Shown: positions 19,234 through 29,411 of the stretch, piece after piece
Layout: every line of letters begins with the position of its first letter
How positions within the stretch are numbered: position 1 is the first letter of the stretch
From: Syntrophomonadaceae bacterium
GTDB taxonomy: Bacteria > Bacillota > Dethiobacteria > DTU022 > UBA8154
DNA: 50,455 nucleotides
Direction: 5' to 3'
Assembly: GCA_007131175.1 (NCBI GenBank)
Contig: SLRC01000159.1
Location: forward strand, 1 to 50,455
Made by a program: the position numbers and the translations under genes
Notes under the pieces: generated by a model
Told to the model about the DNA's origin: nothing
Database searches by the model: none
The model's input: only the letters and a program-made list of their open reading frames with translations

Positions 19234-22200
19234 ATGAAATACAGTGAGCATGGCCATTATAAACCAAAGCGTCCACCCGGTGAAGAAGACTGGACCGAAG
19301 CGCAGTGGCGTGCAATCAAACAGGACGGGCACAATATCCTGGTTACAGCCGGTGCCGGAGCGGGAAAAACAAGGGTGCTGGTGAAACGCCTGCTTGAACG
19401 GATTAGTAATCCTGAAGCACCGCTGGAGGTTGACAAGCTTTTGGTTGTCACGTTTACCAACGCTGCAGCTGCTGAGATGAGAAAACGCTTGGCTGCCGCC
19501 CTGGAAGAAAAGATCCGGGAAAATCCCAATGCAACCTGGTTGCGTCGCCAGCTATTGTTGTTAAATAAAGCCCAGATCAGTACGGTTCATTCTTTTTGCC
19601 TGGAAATAATAAGGGAATATCACCATCTTATAGGGCTGGATCCATCTTTTCGCATGCTGGACGAAGGAGAGGCCCTTTTATTACAGCAGGAACTGTTGGG
19701 AGACCTTTTAGAAGAATATTACGGGGTACAGGGTCTTAATAGTCCGTTTTACCGGTTGGTAGAAAGCTACAGCGGAGTAAGTGGCGGCGATCTACCCCTT
19801 CAGGATCTGATCCTCAGGCTTTACCACTTTTCTTTAAGCCATCCTGAACCATGGGAATGGCTGCATGAAAAAGCAACCGCATTTGAACCCCTCCCTAAAA
19901 ACGGGGAAAGACTTTCAGCCTGGCTGGAAATCATGCAGGAAGATTGTCGATGGGAACTGAGAAAAATGTTGCGGAGGCTGCAATTGGCTTTAGAGACTTC
20001 TGAAAGACCTGGAGGGCCAACTCCGTATCGTGAAAACCTGTTGCGGGAAATAGCTTTGCTGGAAAGGGCATTGCAGGCCTCATTTGCCTCACTTCCTGAT
20101 CTATACGAGGCTGTAATGGAAATCAGCTTTGCCAAGCTCAAGCCCTGCCGCGGTGATGTTTATGAAGAATCGATACGCAAAAGGACAACAGCGCTGCGGA
20201 ATCGCTGTAAAAAAGATCTGGCAAGCCTAAAGGAGCAAATATTTTCCCGTAGCCTGGAAGATCAGGAGGCAGAACTGAGTCGCCTTGCTCCATTGATAAA
20301 GATCCTGGTTGACCTGGTGCAGGATTTTCACAGACGTTATCTTACTTTAAAAGGTGAGCGGGGAGTGGCTGACTTCAATGATTTGGAGCATTTCGCCCTC
20401 CAGATCCTGCGAGAACAAAAGTCCCCGCCTGGCGAGAATCTGCCCTCGGTTGCAGCCCAGTCATACCAAAAGCGTTTTGCCTGTGTGCTGGTAGATGAAT
20501 ACCAGGATATCAACCAGCTGCAGGAGAGCATCATTAACCTTGTTTCCCGTAATAAACCGGGGAATATTTTTATGGTAGGTGACGTAAAGCAGAGTATTTA
20601 CCGTTTTCGTCTGGCAGAGCCGGAACTATTTTTGCAAAAAATGCGCGGTTATAAAAACGGCATGCTTCCTGGTGAAGCCATTCACTTGAGTCACAATTTT
20701 CGCAGCCGCAGGGAAGTGATTGATGCAGTAAATTATCTTTTCCGTCAAATAATGGATGAGCCTGTGGGAGAGGTTGCTTACGACAATGATGCAAGGTTGC
20801 GGTGTGGTGCTCTCTACCCTGAAAATATCTCTTCTGATAATACGCACGAAAACAAATACAATAATTATGTGGCAGAAATGCAGTTTATCTCATTGAACGA
20901 AATCACAGAGCAAAACTGTAACGGGGAAGATGCAGTTGCCAGGGGTGAACGTGATGCTGATGTGGGGGAAAATGAAAATAATGAAAATAAAGAAGTAAAT
21001 GAGGGTGAAGATGCCACTGTCGGGGGGATGGAAGCGGAGGAAGAGTGGGAACTTGCCGCATTGGAAGGAAAGCTGATCGCACGACGGATCAGGGAAATAC
21101 GTGGCGAAGGAGAAGAAAGGGCCCTTTATTTATACAATAAAAAGACTGGTACATATGGCCCCCCCGCTTATCGTGATATGGTTATCCTGCTTCGCTCTTA
21201 TAAAAACTGTGCCCCGGTGATTTTGGAAGAGTTGCAGCGATTTGGTATACCTGCATATGCGGAGTTGGCCACAGGGTATTTTGCGGCTACGGAAGTGGAA
21301 GTGATCATCTCTTTGCTAAAGATTATTGACAACCCCTACCAGGATATTCCTTTTGTTGCGGTGCTCCGTTCACCCCTGGTGGGAATGCGTGGAGAGGAAC
21401 TGGCACAAGTACGTACTGCCGCACCCAACGCTCCCTTTTATGAAGCTGCAAAGGCATTTGTTTCTGCTGCGGGAAAGACAGTTGAGTCTGACCTGACAAA
21501 AAGAAATATTTACTCATTTCTGGAACAACTATACCGCTGGCAGGAGAAAGCGCAGCAAGAGTCACTGGGATCCCTAATCTGGCAGCTTTACAGTGAAAGC
21601 GGTTATTACGACATGCTGGGTGGGATGGCCGGTGGCAGACAACGGCAGGCCAATCTTCGTGCCTTATATGATCGGGCCAGGCAGTATGAATCCACTTCTT
21701 TCCGCGGGCTTTCCCGTTTTTTGCACTTTGTGGAACGCTTGCGCGAGCGTGGTGTTGACCTTGGTGCAGCACGTGCTCTAGGGGAACAGGAGGATGTTGT
21801 GCGCATCCTGACAGTACATAAAAGTAAGGGATTGGAATTTCCGGTAGTGTTTGTGGCTGGTCTTTCCCGTAAGTTTAACATGCAGGAACTGGGTCGTAAT
21901 TTCCTTTTACATAAAGAACTGGGTTTCGGACCCAAATTTATTGACCCTAAGCTGCGTATTACCTATCCGACCCTTCCCTGGTATGCCTTACAAAAAAGAC
22001 TCCGCCTGGAGCTCCTTGCTGAAGAGATGCGTATATTGTACGTGGCCCTGACACGGGCCGAACAAAAATTAATTCTTGTGGCTGCAGTGAAGGATCTTGA
22101 AAAGAGTTTGTCACAATGGGCAGAGCAGGCCAGGGAGGCCGATGGGTTGCTGCCCGTTTTCGACCGTGCTGCTGCACGCAGTTTTATGCATTGGCTTGGA

Positions 22201-23142
22201 CCGGTAATGCTTTCCCATCCCGGGTATTTTTTGCAGGAGCAGAACCGGAAACAGGACCAAATCCAGGCAATTTCCTCAGAACAGTCAGTCTGGCAGGTTA
22301 AGGTGAGCAGTGCCGTCTCCCTGTGTGCAGCAGAAACGGCATACAAAGAAGCTGCAGCTGCCAGCTCATTGAAGGAACTGTCTGAACTTGAACGGCTTAA
22401 GCCTGTGCCCGTTTCCCTGCAGTGGTATGAGGAAATTGCCCGTCGCCTGCAGTGGCATTATCCTTATATTGATGCAACCAGCAAATTTGCCAAACTTTCC
22501 GTTTCCGCCTTACAACGCTTGCAAAATGCCGGCTTTCAGGGTGTGGACGGGGATAAACCCCGTTGGAGCGAAGCGAATCACCTGGAACTGTTCAAACGCC
22601 CACGCTTCCTTACCGGGACAAAACCGGGGATGGCTGAGCAGGGAACAGCCTACCACGTTGTGATGCAGTGCCTTAACTTGAAGCATGGTCTGGATGAATT
22701 ATCTATTGCGGAACAAATTGAAGATATGGTTAAAAGGGAACAGTTAGCACCACAGGAACGGGACATGGTAGATCTCCGTCTGATTGTCTCTTTTTTTCAG
22801 AACCCCCTGGGTCAAAGGCTTCTTAAAGCCCGGCAACTCTGGCGGGAGCTTCCCTTTACTTTAACCTTACCGGCCATGCAGTTATTCCCGGAATGGCAGG
22901 GCGGGGAAGAAAAGGTATTAATCCAGGGAGTGATCGATTGTCTTTTTCAGGAAGATGATGGGCTTGTGCTTATTGATTATAAGTTAAGCAGCAAAGATAC
23001 CTTACGGGAGCCCCCGCAGGAGCTGTACCGACTGCAGCTCACCTATTACTCCCGTGCCATAGAACAAATCCGAAAAGAACGGGTTAAGGAAACATATCTT
23101 TATTTAATCAATCGGGAGGAAATTGTAAAGGTAAATATTTAA
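19234..23142 (+). CDS. addA: helicase-exonuclease AddAB, subunit AddA (UvrD/Rep-type helicase plus nuclease)
   Basis: AGAGAGKT Walker A, VDEYQD, TVHKSKGLEFPVV and YVALTRA helicase motifs. C-terminal GVIDCLF...LIDYK nuclease motif. Start is ATG 19234 or GTG 19222. Confidence 0.96.
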   Translation: MKYSEHGHYKPKRPPGEEDWTEAQWRAIKQDGHNILVTAGAGAGKTRVLVKRLLERISNPEAPLEVDKLLVVTFTNAAAAEMRKRLAAALEEKIRENPNATWLRRQLLLLNKAQISTVHSFCLEIIREYHHLIGLDPSFRMLDEGEALLLQQELLGDLLEEYYGVQGLNSPFYRLVESYSGVSGGDLPLQDLILRLYHFSLSHPEPWEWLHEKATAFEPLPKNGERLSAWLEIMQEDCRWELRKMLRRLQLALETSERPGGPTPYRENLLREIALLERALQASFASLPDLYEAVMEISFAKLKPCRGDVYEESIRKRTTALRNRCKKDLASLKEQIFSRSLEDQEAELSRLAPLIKILVDLVQDFHRRYLTLKGERGVADFNDLEHFALQILREQKSPPGENLPSVAAQSYQKRFACVLVDEYQDINQLQESIINLVSRNKPGNIFMVGDVKQSIYRFRLAEPELFLQKMRGYKNGMLPGEAIHLSHNFRSRREVIDAVNYLFRQIMDEPVGEVAYDNDARLRCGALYPENISSDNTHENKYNNYVAEMQFISLNEITEQNCNGEDAVARGERDADVGENENNENKEVNEGEDATVGGMEAEEEWELAALEGKLIARRIREIRGEGEERALYLYNKKTGTYGPPAYRDMVILLRSYKNCAPVILEELQRFGIPAYAELATGYFAATEVEVIISLLKIIDNPYQDIPFVAVLRSPLVGMRGEELAQVRTAAPNAPFYEAAKAFVSAAGKTVESDLTKRNIYSFLEQLYRWQEKAQQESLGSLIWQLYSESGYYDMLGGMAGGRQRQANLRALYDRARQYESTSFRGLSRFLHFVERLRERGVDLGAARALGEQEDVVRILTVHKSKGLEFPVVFVAGLSRKFNMQELGRNFLLHKELGFGPKFIDPKLRITYPTLPWYALQKRLRLELLAEEMRILYVALTRAEQKLILVAAVKDLEKSLSQWAEQAREADGLLPVFDRAAARSFMHWLGPVMLSHPGYFLQEQNRKQDQIQAISSEQSVWQVKVSSAVSLCAAETAYKEAAAASSLKELSELERLKPVPVSLQWYEEIARRLQWHYPYIDATSKFAKLSVSALQRLQNAGFQGVDGDKPRWSEANHLELFKRPRFLTGTKPGMAEQGTAYHVVMQCLNLKHGLDELSIAEQIEDMVKREQLAPQERDMVDLRLIVSFFQNPLGQRLLKARQLWRELPFTLTLPAMQLFPEWQGGEEKVLIQGVIDCLFQEDDGLVLIDYKLSSKDTLREPPQELYRLQLTYYSRAIEQIRKERVKETYLYLINREEIVKVNI

Positions 23143-23186
23143 TTTTAATTAACTGAAAACTGAATGCTTTATTTTATGGGACACGC

Positions 23187-23214
23187 ACCAAAACCCCTTG
23201 ATCTCCATATACTT
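23187..23214 (+). promoter_or_regulatory. possible mother-cell (SigK/SigE-type) promoter of sigK
   Basis: AC (23187-23188), 17-nt spacer, CATATACTT (23206-23214). This only approximates the AC-N17-CATA---TA pattern. Confidence 0.3.
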
Positions 23215-23247
23215 ATACAGTGATTTCTTTTTCTAAAAAGGTGGGGG

Positions 23248-24012
23248 ATGAAAGGGATGTTTGCGCTTCTGGCAGCCGCAGCAGCATTATTACGGGGTGT
23301 AATGCTCCTCGTTTCTTACATTACCAGCGAATCTTTTCCCCAACCCCTGAGCAGCGCTGAAGAAAAAAAATTCCTTGAGTTGCTGGGCAAGGGAGATGTG
23401 GCTGCCAGACGGATTCTGATCGAACATAATCTGCGCCTGGTGGCTCATGTTGCCAAAAAATTTGAAAACACAGGAGAAGATAAGGAAGATCTCATTTCCA
23501 TTGGTACCATAGGCTTAATTAAGGCAATTAACACATTCAATGCAAAAAGAGGCACAAGGTTGGCCACCTACGCTGCACGCTGTGTGGAAAACGAAATCCT
23601 CATGCACATCCGCTCCCGTAAAAAAATAAAACAGGATATATCCCTGCATGATCCCATCGGCATCGATAAAGATGGTAATGAAATAACACTGGAGGATGTC
23701 CTTGGAAGCAACCCTGATGTAGTGTTAGATGAGGTTGAATCCATTATCCTGAATGAAAAATTACAGCGGGTGATTGCCAAACTGAAAAAGCGGGAACGTA
23801 AGGTCCTGCTAATGCGGTATGGTCTTAATGGTCGGCGACACACCCAGCGGGAAGTTGCAGTGGAACTAAATATCTCCCGTTCCTACGTGTCCCGTATCGA
23901 AAAAAAAATTATCTCCCATATTTCAGAAGAATTTGCCTTGGACGGCTATCAGACCAGGCGTTGTGCGAATGAACAGCAAGGATGTCAAATAGCAGGAGCT
24001 AAGAAAAAATAA
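23248..24012 (+). CDS. sigK: sporulation sigma factor SigK (pro-sigma-K), uninterrupted
   Basis: Pro-sequence plus SFPQPLS cleavage context. IEHNLRLVAHVAKKFENTGEDKEDLISIGTIGLIKA and ATYAARCVENEILMH closely match the SigK signatures I recall. A single continuous ORF with no skin-like insertion. Confidence 0.93.
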   Translation: MKGMFALLAAAAALLRGVMLLVSYITSESFPQPLSSAEEKKFLELLGKGDVAARRILIEHNLRLVAHVAKKFENTGEDKEDLISIGTIGLIKAINTFNAKRGTRLATYAARCVENEILMHIRSRKKIKQDISLHDPIGIDKDGNEITLEDVLGSNPDVVLDEVESIILNEKLQRVIAKLKKRERKVLLMRYGLNGRRHTQREVAVELNISRSYVSRIEKKIISHISEEFALDGYQTRRCANEQQGCQIAGAKKK

Positions 24013-24204
24013 AAAGGAAATTCTCTATTTCTGCAGAATTTTACCGTTATATGTTTTTTTTGTGACAAAGGAAAGACAAGCCCCCTCTTTAAAAATCCTT
24101 TTTTCAATTGCATACAGGCACGTTTATAATAAATTAAATGGAAAAACTATAAAATAGAGTAACAGGGACTAACCGTAATAAAACAAATTTGGGAGTGAAT
24201 ATTG

Positions 24205-24708
24205 ATGCAGCTTTTATGCCCGCGTCTTTATGTGAACAGCGTACATAAAATAGATCTTAACGCCCTTAAACAGGCCGGGATCAAAGGTATTATTGTAGAT
24301 CTTGATAATACCCTGGTGCCCTGGAATGAAGATGCCGAGTTCCCTAAGGCGGTTGAATGGTTAAAAATCGTAAAGGATGCAGGGATGAAAGTCTGTATCG
24401 TGTCCAATAACCATCCTCGCCGTGCAAAAACACTGGCTGGCGCATTCGATATCCCTTTTATCTGGCAGGCGGTCAAGCCGCGTCGCCGCGCTTTTCGTAA
24501 AGCCATAAGCCTGATGAAGCTTAAAAAATCCCAGACAGCGGTGGTGGGAGACCAGGTATTTACAGACATTCTGGGTGGCAACCGGTTAGGACTTTATACT
24601 ATCCTGGTTAGGCCACTGAAAAAACAGGAGTTTATTGGGACAAGGCTGGTCCGGCAGATCGAAAAGGTTATTCTCTACACACTGCGTCGACGCGGGCACT
24701 TAAAGTAA
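24205..24708 (+). CDS. YqeG-family HAD-IIIA phosphatase
   Basis: VDLDNTLVPW, VSNN, KP and VGDQVFTDILGGN HAD motifs. Confidence 0.88.
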   Translation: MQLLCPRLYVNSVHKIDLNALKQAGIKGIIVDLDNTLVPWNEDAEFPKAVEWLKIVKDAGMKVCIVSNNHPRRAKTLAGAFDIPFIWQAVKPRRRAFRKAISLMKLKKSQTAVVGDQVFTDILGGNRLGLYTILVRPLKKQEFIGTRLVRQIEKVILYTLRRRGHLK

Positions 24709-24783
24709 AAACAGGTTGACAGATGTCTTTCACCGAAGTTTTTTTCATCCCACAGTTTATGGAGATGGGGGAAAATCTTTCTA

Positions 24784-25557
24784 ATGAATGCTCCATTTTT
24801 ATTAATGCACCTGCTCACATATCTTTTTCTTGTCCTCATTGGGTTGATAATTGGCAGTTTCCTCAATGTTGTTATTTCCCGTTATCCCCGTGGTGAATCT
24901 CTTCTCTTGCCTCCATCTCAATGTGTGCAATGCAATAAAGTGTTACAAGCTTATGATCTCATCCCCATATTCAGCTTTATTTGCCTCAAGGGACGGTGCC
25001 GCCACTGTGGTGTTACCATCTCCTGGCGTTATCCCCTTGTGGAGTTCCTAACAGCCCTGATCTTGATCAATACCTACTTTTATCATGGACTTAGCCTTTT
25101 GTTTTTTAAGTATGTATTCATATTATGTCTACTGCTTGTTATCTCTTTTATCGATCTGAATAAAGGCATTATACCCAACCGCCTTGTTTTGTTCTTATTT
25201 TTATGGAGTGTGGCCTGGCAGGTTTTCTACCCTACCATTTCACTGGCAGCAGCAGGAATTGGATTGCTGGCAGGCGGAGGATTGTTTTACCTTATTGCCG
25301 TACTCAGTAAAGGGGGTATGGGAGGAGGAGATATTAAGCTGATGGCAGTACTTGGATTTGCCGTTGGTTGGCCCCTTGTCCTTATCCTTTTTCTACTGTC
25401 TTTTCTGCTGGGTGCTGCCATTGGCCTTGCCCTCATGCTTATTGGGAAAAAAACACGCCGGGACCCCCTGCCTTTTGGACCTTTTCTTTCCCTGTCATTT
25501 TTTATCTCTGTTATTTGGGGGTTGCAAATCTGGGACTGGTACATGCTTTATCTGTAG
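24784..25557 (+). CDS. pilD: prepilin peptidase (A24 family, PilD/ComC-like)
   Basis: N-terminal CVQC...CRHCG zinc motif. Polytopic membrane protein with the GGGDIKLM catalytic Asp motif. Confidence 0.92.
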   Translation: MNAPFLLMHLLTYLFLVLIGLIIGSFLNVVISRYPRGESLLLPPSQCVQCNKVLQAYDLIPIFSFICLKGRCRHCGVTISWRYPLVEFLTALILINTYFYHGLSLLFFKYVFILCLLLVISFIDLNKGIIPNRLVLFLFLWSVAWQVFYPTISLAAAGIGLLAGGGLFYLIAVLSKGGMGGGDIKLMAVLGFAVGWPLVLILFLLSFLLGAAIGLALMLIGKKTRRDPLPFGPFLSLSFFISVIWGLQIWDWYMLYL

Positions 25558-25578
25558 ATTAAAGGGGGCAAAACATGA

Positions 25579-26808
25579 ATGAGCAATAGTGATGAGATGC
25601 TCAGGGAGTGGAAGGTGGCTTCGGGTAACGGTTCAACGGCTGAAGAAAACATAATCGGAATTGTAGATGGAATTCTACAGGAAGGAATTAACCGTTTTGC
25701 CAGTGATGTTCACCTGGAACCGGTGGAAGACGGGCTGGCAGTACGCCTGCGTGTTGATGGCATGCTTTACCCGTTGTGCCGGTATCCTAAAGAACTGACA
25801 CCCCAGATCATCTCCCGCTTAAAGATCATGGCAGGGATGGATATTGCAGAAAAAAGGCTGCCCCAGGACAGTAATATATATATATCCAGGAAATCTCAAA
25901 AAATAAATATCCGAGTCTCCACGCTGCCTGTTATATACGGAGAGAAAATTGTTCTGCGTATCCTCAATCCTGCAGGCATGATTATGGCCCTGGACGACCT
26001 GGGTTTTAACAAAGAAAACAAAGAAAAATATCTTAAATTCTTAGAACATGCCTGGGGTATGATCCTGGTAACGGGCCCGACGGGGTGTGGGAAAACAACA
26101 ACCCTTTATTCCACGATGCAATATCTGAATAATCCACAGGTTAATACCATAACAGTTGAAGATCCTGTGGAATATCGTTTGCCCAATGTAAACCAGGTTC
26201 AGGTTAATACAAAAACGGGTCTGACTTTTGCCCGGGCGCTACGCACTGTTTTACGGCAGGACCCTAACGTGATCATGGTGGGTGAAATTCGGGACAGGGA
26301 AACGGCGGAAATTGCCACCAGGGCTGCACTTACTGGTCATCTTGTTTTCTCCACATTACATACCAGTGATGCACCACGGGCTGTGACGCGCCTTCTTGAT
26401 ATGGAGGTGGAACCTTACATGCTCAATTCTTCCCTCGTTGGGGTTGTTACTCAGCGCTTAATCCGTTTGAACTGCCAAGAATGTCGGGAAGAGGATAATC
26501 CTTCACCTTCTGCCCTTTCCCTTTACCGTGAAACTTGTGGAAAGGGTGATTTGCCTGTATTTTTTCGGGGCCGCGGCTGTACAAGCTGTAACCACACAGG
26601 ATTTAAAGGCAGGACAGCCATTCATGAAATTATGCCTGTTGATGAAAGAATACGCAGCCTCACTCAAAAAGCGCACAGCGGGCAGGAAATACGCAAATAT
26701 GCTGTGGCAAACGGGATGAAAACACTGCTGCAGGATGGTCTGGAACAGGCCGCCAGCGGTGCGACAACTTTACAGGAGGTAATTCGGGAAACTTTTTATG
26801 CTTTTTAG
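25579..26808 (+). CDS. type IV filament assembly ATPase (GspE/PilB/ComGA-like, short form)
   Basis: Walker A GPTGCGKTTT, Asp box LPQDS, Walker B VIMVGEIRD, His box FSTLHT, and a tetracysteine CQEC...CTSC motif typical of extension ATPases. At 409 aa it lacks the long N-terminal domain. Confidence 0.9.
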   Translation: MSNSDEMLREWKVASGNGSTAEENIIGIVDGILQEGINRFASDVHLEPVEDGLAVRLRVDGMLYPLCRYPKELTPQIISRLKIMAGMDIAEKRLPQDSNIYISRKSQKINIRVSTLPVIYGEKIVLRILNPAGMIMALDDLGFNKENKEKYLKFLEHAWGMILVTGPTGCGKTTTLYSTMQYLNNPQVNTITVEDPVEYRLPNVNQVQVNTKTGLTFARALRTVLRQDPNVIMVGEIRDRETAEIATRAALTGHLVFSTLHTSDAPRAVTRLLDMEVEPYMLNSSLVGVVTQRLIRLNCQECREEDNPSPSALSLYRETCGKGDLPVFFRGRGCTSCNHTGFKGRTAIHEIMPVDERIRSLTQKAHSGQEIRKYAVANGMKTLLQDGLEQAASGATTLQEVIRETFYAF

Positions 26809-26899
26809 CAGGAGTGGCTGTTTCTAAGGAAGTAAACCCAGGTTAAAGTGTGCAATGTGATTCGGGATTAATGCTTATCTTGATAAAGGAGGGCAAGGT

Positions 26900-27364
26900 A
26901 TGGGTCAAAATGGAACCCCCGGAGTGAGCAACAACCAAAAAGGTTTTACCCTGCTGGAGCTGTTGGTGGTTGTGGTGATCGTGGGAATATTGACAGCTAT
27001 GGCAGTTCCCAGGATCGGAAATCTAACACAAAACGCAGAAAGGTCTGCTGTTGAGGCGAATTTACGGACAATTGATTCTGCCATCATGATGTACCGTTCT
27101 GAAACAGGTTCTTACCCCGAAAACCTTGATGTCTTGAAAGATTATTTACAAGATGTGCCTGGGGGTCCTGGAAATGCAGTTTATGGAATAGCAAGATACA
27201 AAGAATATCTTGAGTATCGGGCTTATGTTTGGGCCAGTGAGGGAAAAGAACTGGTAGTAGGTGGAGGAAGCTTTGCCAGAGATGGGAATACAGGGTATTT
27301 TTTACCCATTGATTGGGAAGCTGATGCAGAGGGACATGTAAATATTATTGAGGATATCTCATGA
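26900..27364 (+). CDS. type IV pilin / pseudopilin (probable major subunit)
   Basis: Class III signal NNQKG|FTLLELLVVVVIVGIL with Glu+5. AAGGAGG RBS. Confidence 0.9.
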   Translation: MGQNGTPGVSNNQKGFTLLELLVVVVIVGILTAMAVPRIGNLTQNAERSAVEANLRTIDSAIMMYRSETGSYPENLDVLKDYLQDVPGGPGNAVYGIARYKEYLEYRAYVWASEGKELVVGGGSFARDGNTGYFLPIDWEADAEGHVNIIEDIS

Positions 27365-28494
27365 GTACTGCCTATCCTGGCGAAAAAGAAGGTTTAATAT
27401 TGCGTTTAACAAGAGTATTGTACCAGCCTTTAACCTATTCCCCTTTATTTTTTTGGGGACGTCCCGGTGCACAGGATATGATGAGTTTTTGTCACCAGTT
27501 TGCCGCTTTGCTAAATGCCGGCATTCCCATATTAAAAGGCCTGCTAATACTGGAAAAACAAGCTAATAATCCACGCCTCAAACATGGTATCAAAAAGGTT
27601 GCCTTACACGTGGAAAATGGTCACTCCCTGACAGAAGCAATGGCACAGGTGCAAGAAGTGTTTTCCCCTTTTTGTGTGGGCATGGTTGATGCAGGTGAAA
27701 TGGGTGGCAAGCTGGATAAAACGATGCATCGCTTGGCTCTCCATTATGAAAAAAAGAATCATCTGGAAAAAAAGATTAAGACAGCAACGGCTTACCCTAA
27801 ATTTATATTATTAGTTATCCTTGGAGTGGTTGTTTTTTTGCTTTCATCTGTACTACCCTCCTTTGCCGGGACTTTTAGCAGTATGGGGGTGGAACTTCCT
27901 CTGTCCACCCGGGTTATCATGAGTTTGGGAATGTTGATCCAAGTGTCCTGGCCATATTTACTGATCGGAGGGGCAATGGCGTACCTGGCTTCGTACTTGT
28001 TGCTTAAAATGGATAAGGTTGCCTATTATGCAGGTCATATGCAATTGCATCTCCCCCTTTTTGGTATCCTTTATCGCAAATTGTTAGTGGCACGTTTCTG
28101 CCGCACTTTCAGTATCTTGCTTGGTAGTGGCGTGACACTCTTAACTACCCTGGAACTGTCGAAGAATGTTGTTGTCAACCGAGTTTTTGTGGAGCGTGTT
28201 GCAGAAATGCGAAATGCCGTCATCAGGGGTGAATCAGTGGCATCGGCCCTGTCAGCGACAAAATTATTTCCCCTGACGGTAATCGGAATGGTGGATGTGG
28301 GTGAGCAGTCCGGCAAACTGGATGATATGTTGAGCCGGGCTGCAGATTTGTATGAATCTGAGGTTAATTATGTGGTGGACCGGCTTGGCTCATTACTGGA
28401 ACCTGCATTGGTAATATTGCTTGCGGTGGTGGTTGGTGGCATTGTCCTTTCTGTATTTTTGCCTCTTTTTGGGGTGTTTGAGCTTTATTTATAG
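27361..28494 (+). CDS. pilC: type IV filament platform protein (GspF/PilC/ComGB family)
   Basis: Two GspF-type repeats, three TM segments, ATGA overlap with the pilin gene. Confidence 0.9.
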   Translation: MSTAYPGEKEGLILRLTRVLYQPLTYSPLFFWGRPGAQDMMSFCHQFAALLNAGIPILKGLLILEKQANNPRLKHGIKKVALHVENGHSLTEAMAQVQEVFSPFCVGMVDAGEMGGKLDKTMHRLALHYEKKNHLEKKIKTATAYPKFILLVILGVVVFLLSSVLPSFAGTFSSMGVELPLSTRVIMSLGMLIQVSWPYLLIGGAMAYLASYLLLKMDKVAYYAGHMQLHLPLFGILYRKLLVARFCRTFSILLGSGVTLLTTLELSKNVVVNRVFVERVAEMRNAVIRGESVASALSATKLFPLTVIGMVDVGEQSGKLDDMLSRAADLYESEVNYVVDRLGSLLEPALVILLAVVVGGIVLSVFLPLFGVFELYL

Positions 28495-28509
28495 AAGGAG
28501 GATAGGATA

Positions 28510-28944
28510 TTGAACCGCTCTGAAAAGGGCTTAACACTATTGGAGGTTGTATTGAGTGTAGCGATTCTGAGCATCGTTTCCCTTACTTTTATTAATCTTT
28601 TTGGCAGCAGCTTTGCTGTCTCCGTACAATCGGGAAGGACAAGCAGGGCAACCGCACTGGCTCAGGGAAAAATGGAGGTTCTGCTGGCAAATAGTTTTGA
28701 AGAATTGGCTCAAATGGGTTCTGAGCTAAACATTGGAGTTAATTCCTGCCCCATGATGGCAGGCTCTTCTGTCCCCGTTTTCATTAAAGATTACGACGAA
28801 TTAGCATACTATTATAACATTCACAGCCATGAAATGAAGTTTGACGGTTACACAGTAAAGGGCCTACGCCTGGAAGTGGCAATTCTACAGAGGGAGGAAC
28901 GGGAGCTTGTCCGTATTACCACATTTGTTCCCGGCGAATTATAA
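28510..28944 (+). CDS. minor pilin (prepilin-type N-terminal cleavage/methylation domain)
   Basis: SEKG|LTLLEVVLSVAIL signal. AAGGAGGA RBS before TTG 28510. Confidence 0.8.
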   Translation: MNRSEKGLTLLEVVLSVAILSIVSLTFINLFGSSFAVSVQSGRTSRATALAQGKMEVLLANSFEELAQMGSELNIGVNSCPMMAGSSVPVFIKDYDELAYYYNIHSHEMKFDGYTVKGLRLEVAILQREERELVRITTFVPGEL

Positions 28945-29401
28945 AACAAAACAGGAAAATGGGTTTACCCTGATAGAGGTTCTTGCGGCCATAACCCTTT
29001 ATGCTGTCCTTTTAGGTTCTTTTTTCAGCCTGTACATTTATAGTGTTAATACGTACAGGGTAGGCTCTAATCTTTTGGATCTGCAGCAAAATGTGCGCGT
29101 GGCGACAGATTTTATCACCAGGGAGCTGCGGTATGCCCACGCGCTGCAGCTTATTAATGACCATGAAATACGATACAGTTGCCCTGCTGGCATAAAAAAT
29201 ACAATTAAATATAAAAACGGGGAAATTGTTCAGCTAATCAGCAATACAGAGACAAAGATTGCTTACGATATGGAAGGGCTTATCTTTGACTGGGATGAAG
29301 AGCGTAAAATTCTTCATTTTGTGATAAAGGGTGTAAGTGAAGGGACTGCATATACTGTTCAGTCCGCAGTATGCATACAAAACCTTCGTAAAAGGTGGTA
29401 G
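28925..29401 (+). CDS. minor pilin (PilW/ComGF-like)
   Basis: QENG|FTLIEVLAAITLYAV signal. Start uncertain (TTG 28925 or TTG 28907). Overlaps the preceding gene. Confidence 0.75.
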   Translation: MFPANYKTKQENGFTLIEVLAAITLYAVLLGSFFSLYIYSVNTYRVGSNLLDLQQNVRVATDFITRELRYAHALQLINDHEIRYSCPAGIKNTIKYKNGEIVQLISNTETKIAYDMEGLIFDWDEERKILHFVIKGVSEGTAYTVQSAVCIQNLRKRW

Positions 29402-29411
29402 GGGAGTAGAG

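Noticed and set aside
20821-21050. Asn/Glu/Asp-rich low-complexity stretch in AddA (…NGEDAVARGERDADVGENENNENKEVNEGEDATVGGMEAEEEWE…) as a possible inserted element
   Set aside because: It is in frame, with no flanking repeats. It lies in the linker where AddA proteins generally carry a variable acidic segment, so it looks like an expansion of a known variable region rather than a separate feature.
23248-24012. Possible skin-like intervening element or split sigK
   Set aside because: sigK is one continuous 254-aa ORF covering the pro-sequence through region 4, and no recombinase gene lies nearby.
24709-24783. TTGACA hexamer (24715-24720) as the pilD promoter
   Set aside because: No acceptable -10 element lies 16-19 nt downstream, only a T-run, so a single hexamer is not enough to call a promoter.
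26900-27364. The pilin as a conductive 'e-pilin' because the mature protein is aromatic-rich (about 14 of 139 residues)
   Set aside because: All aromatics except Phe1 lie after residue 50, leaving a 48-residue aromatic-free gap across the N-terminal helix. The conserved Phe24/Tyr27-type positions of Geobacter-like e-pilins are absent, and the protein is much longer than those pilins.
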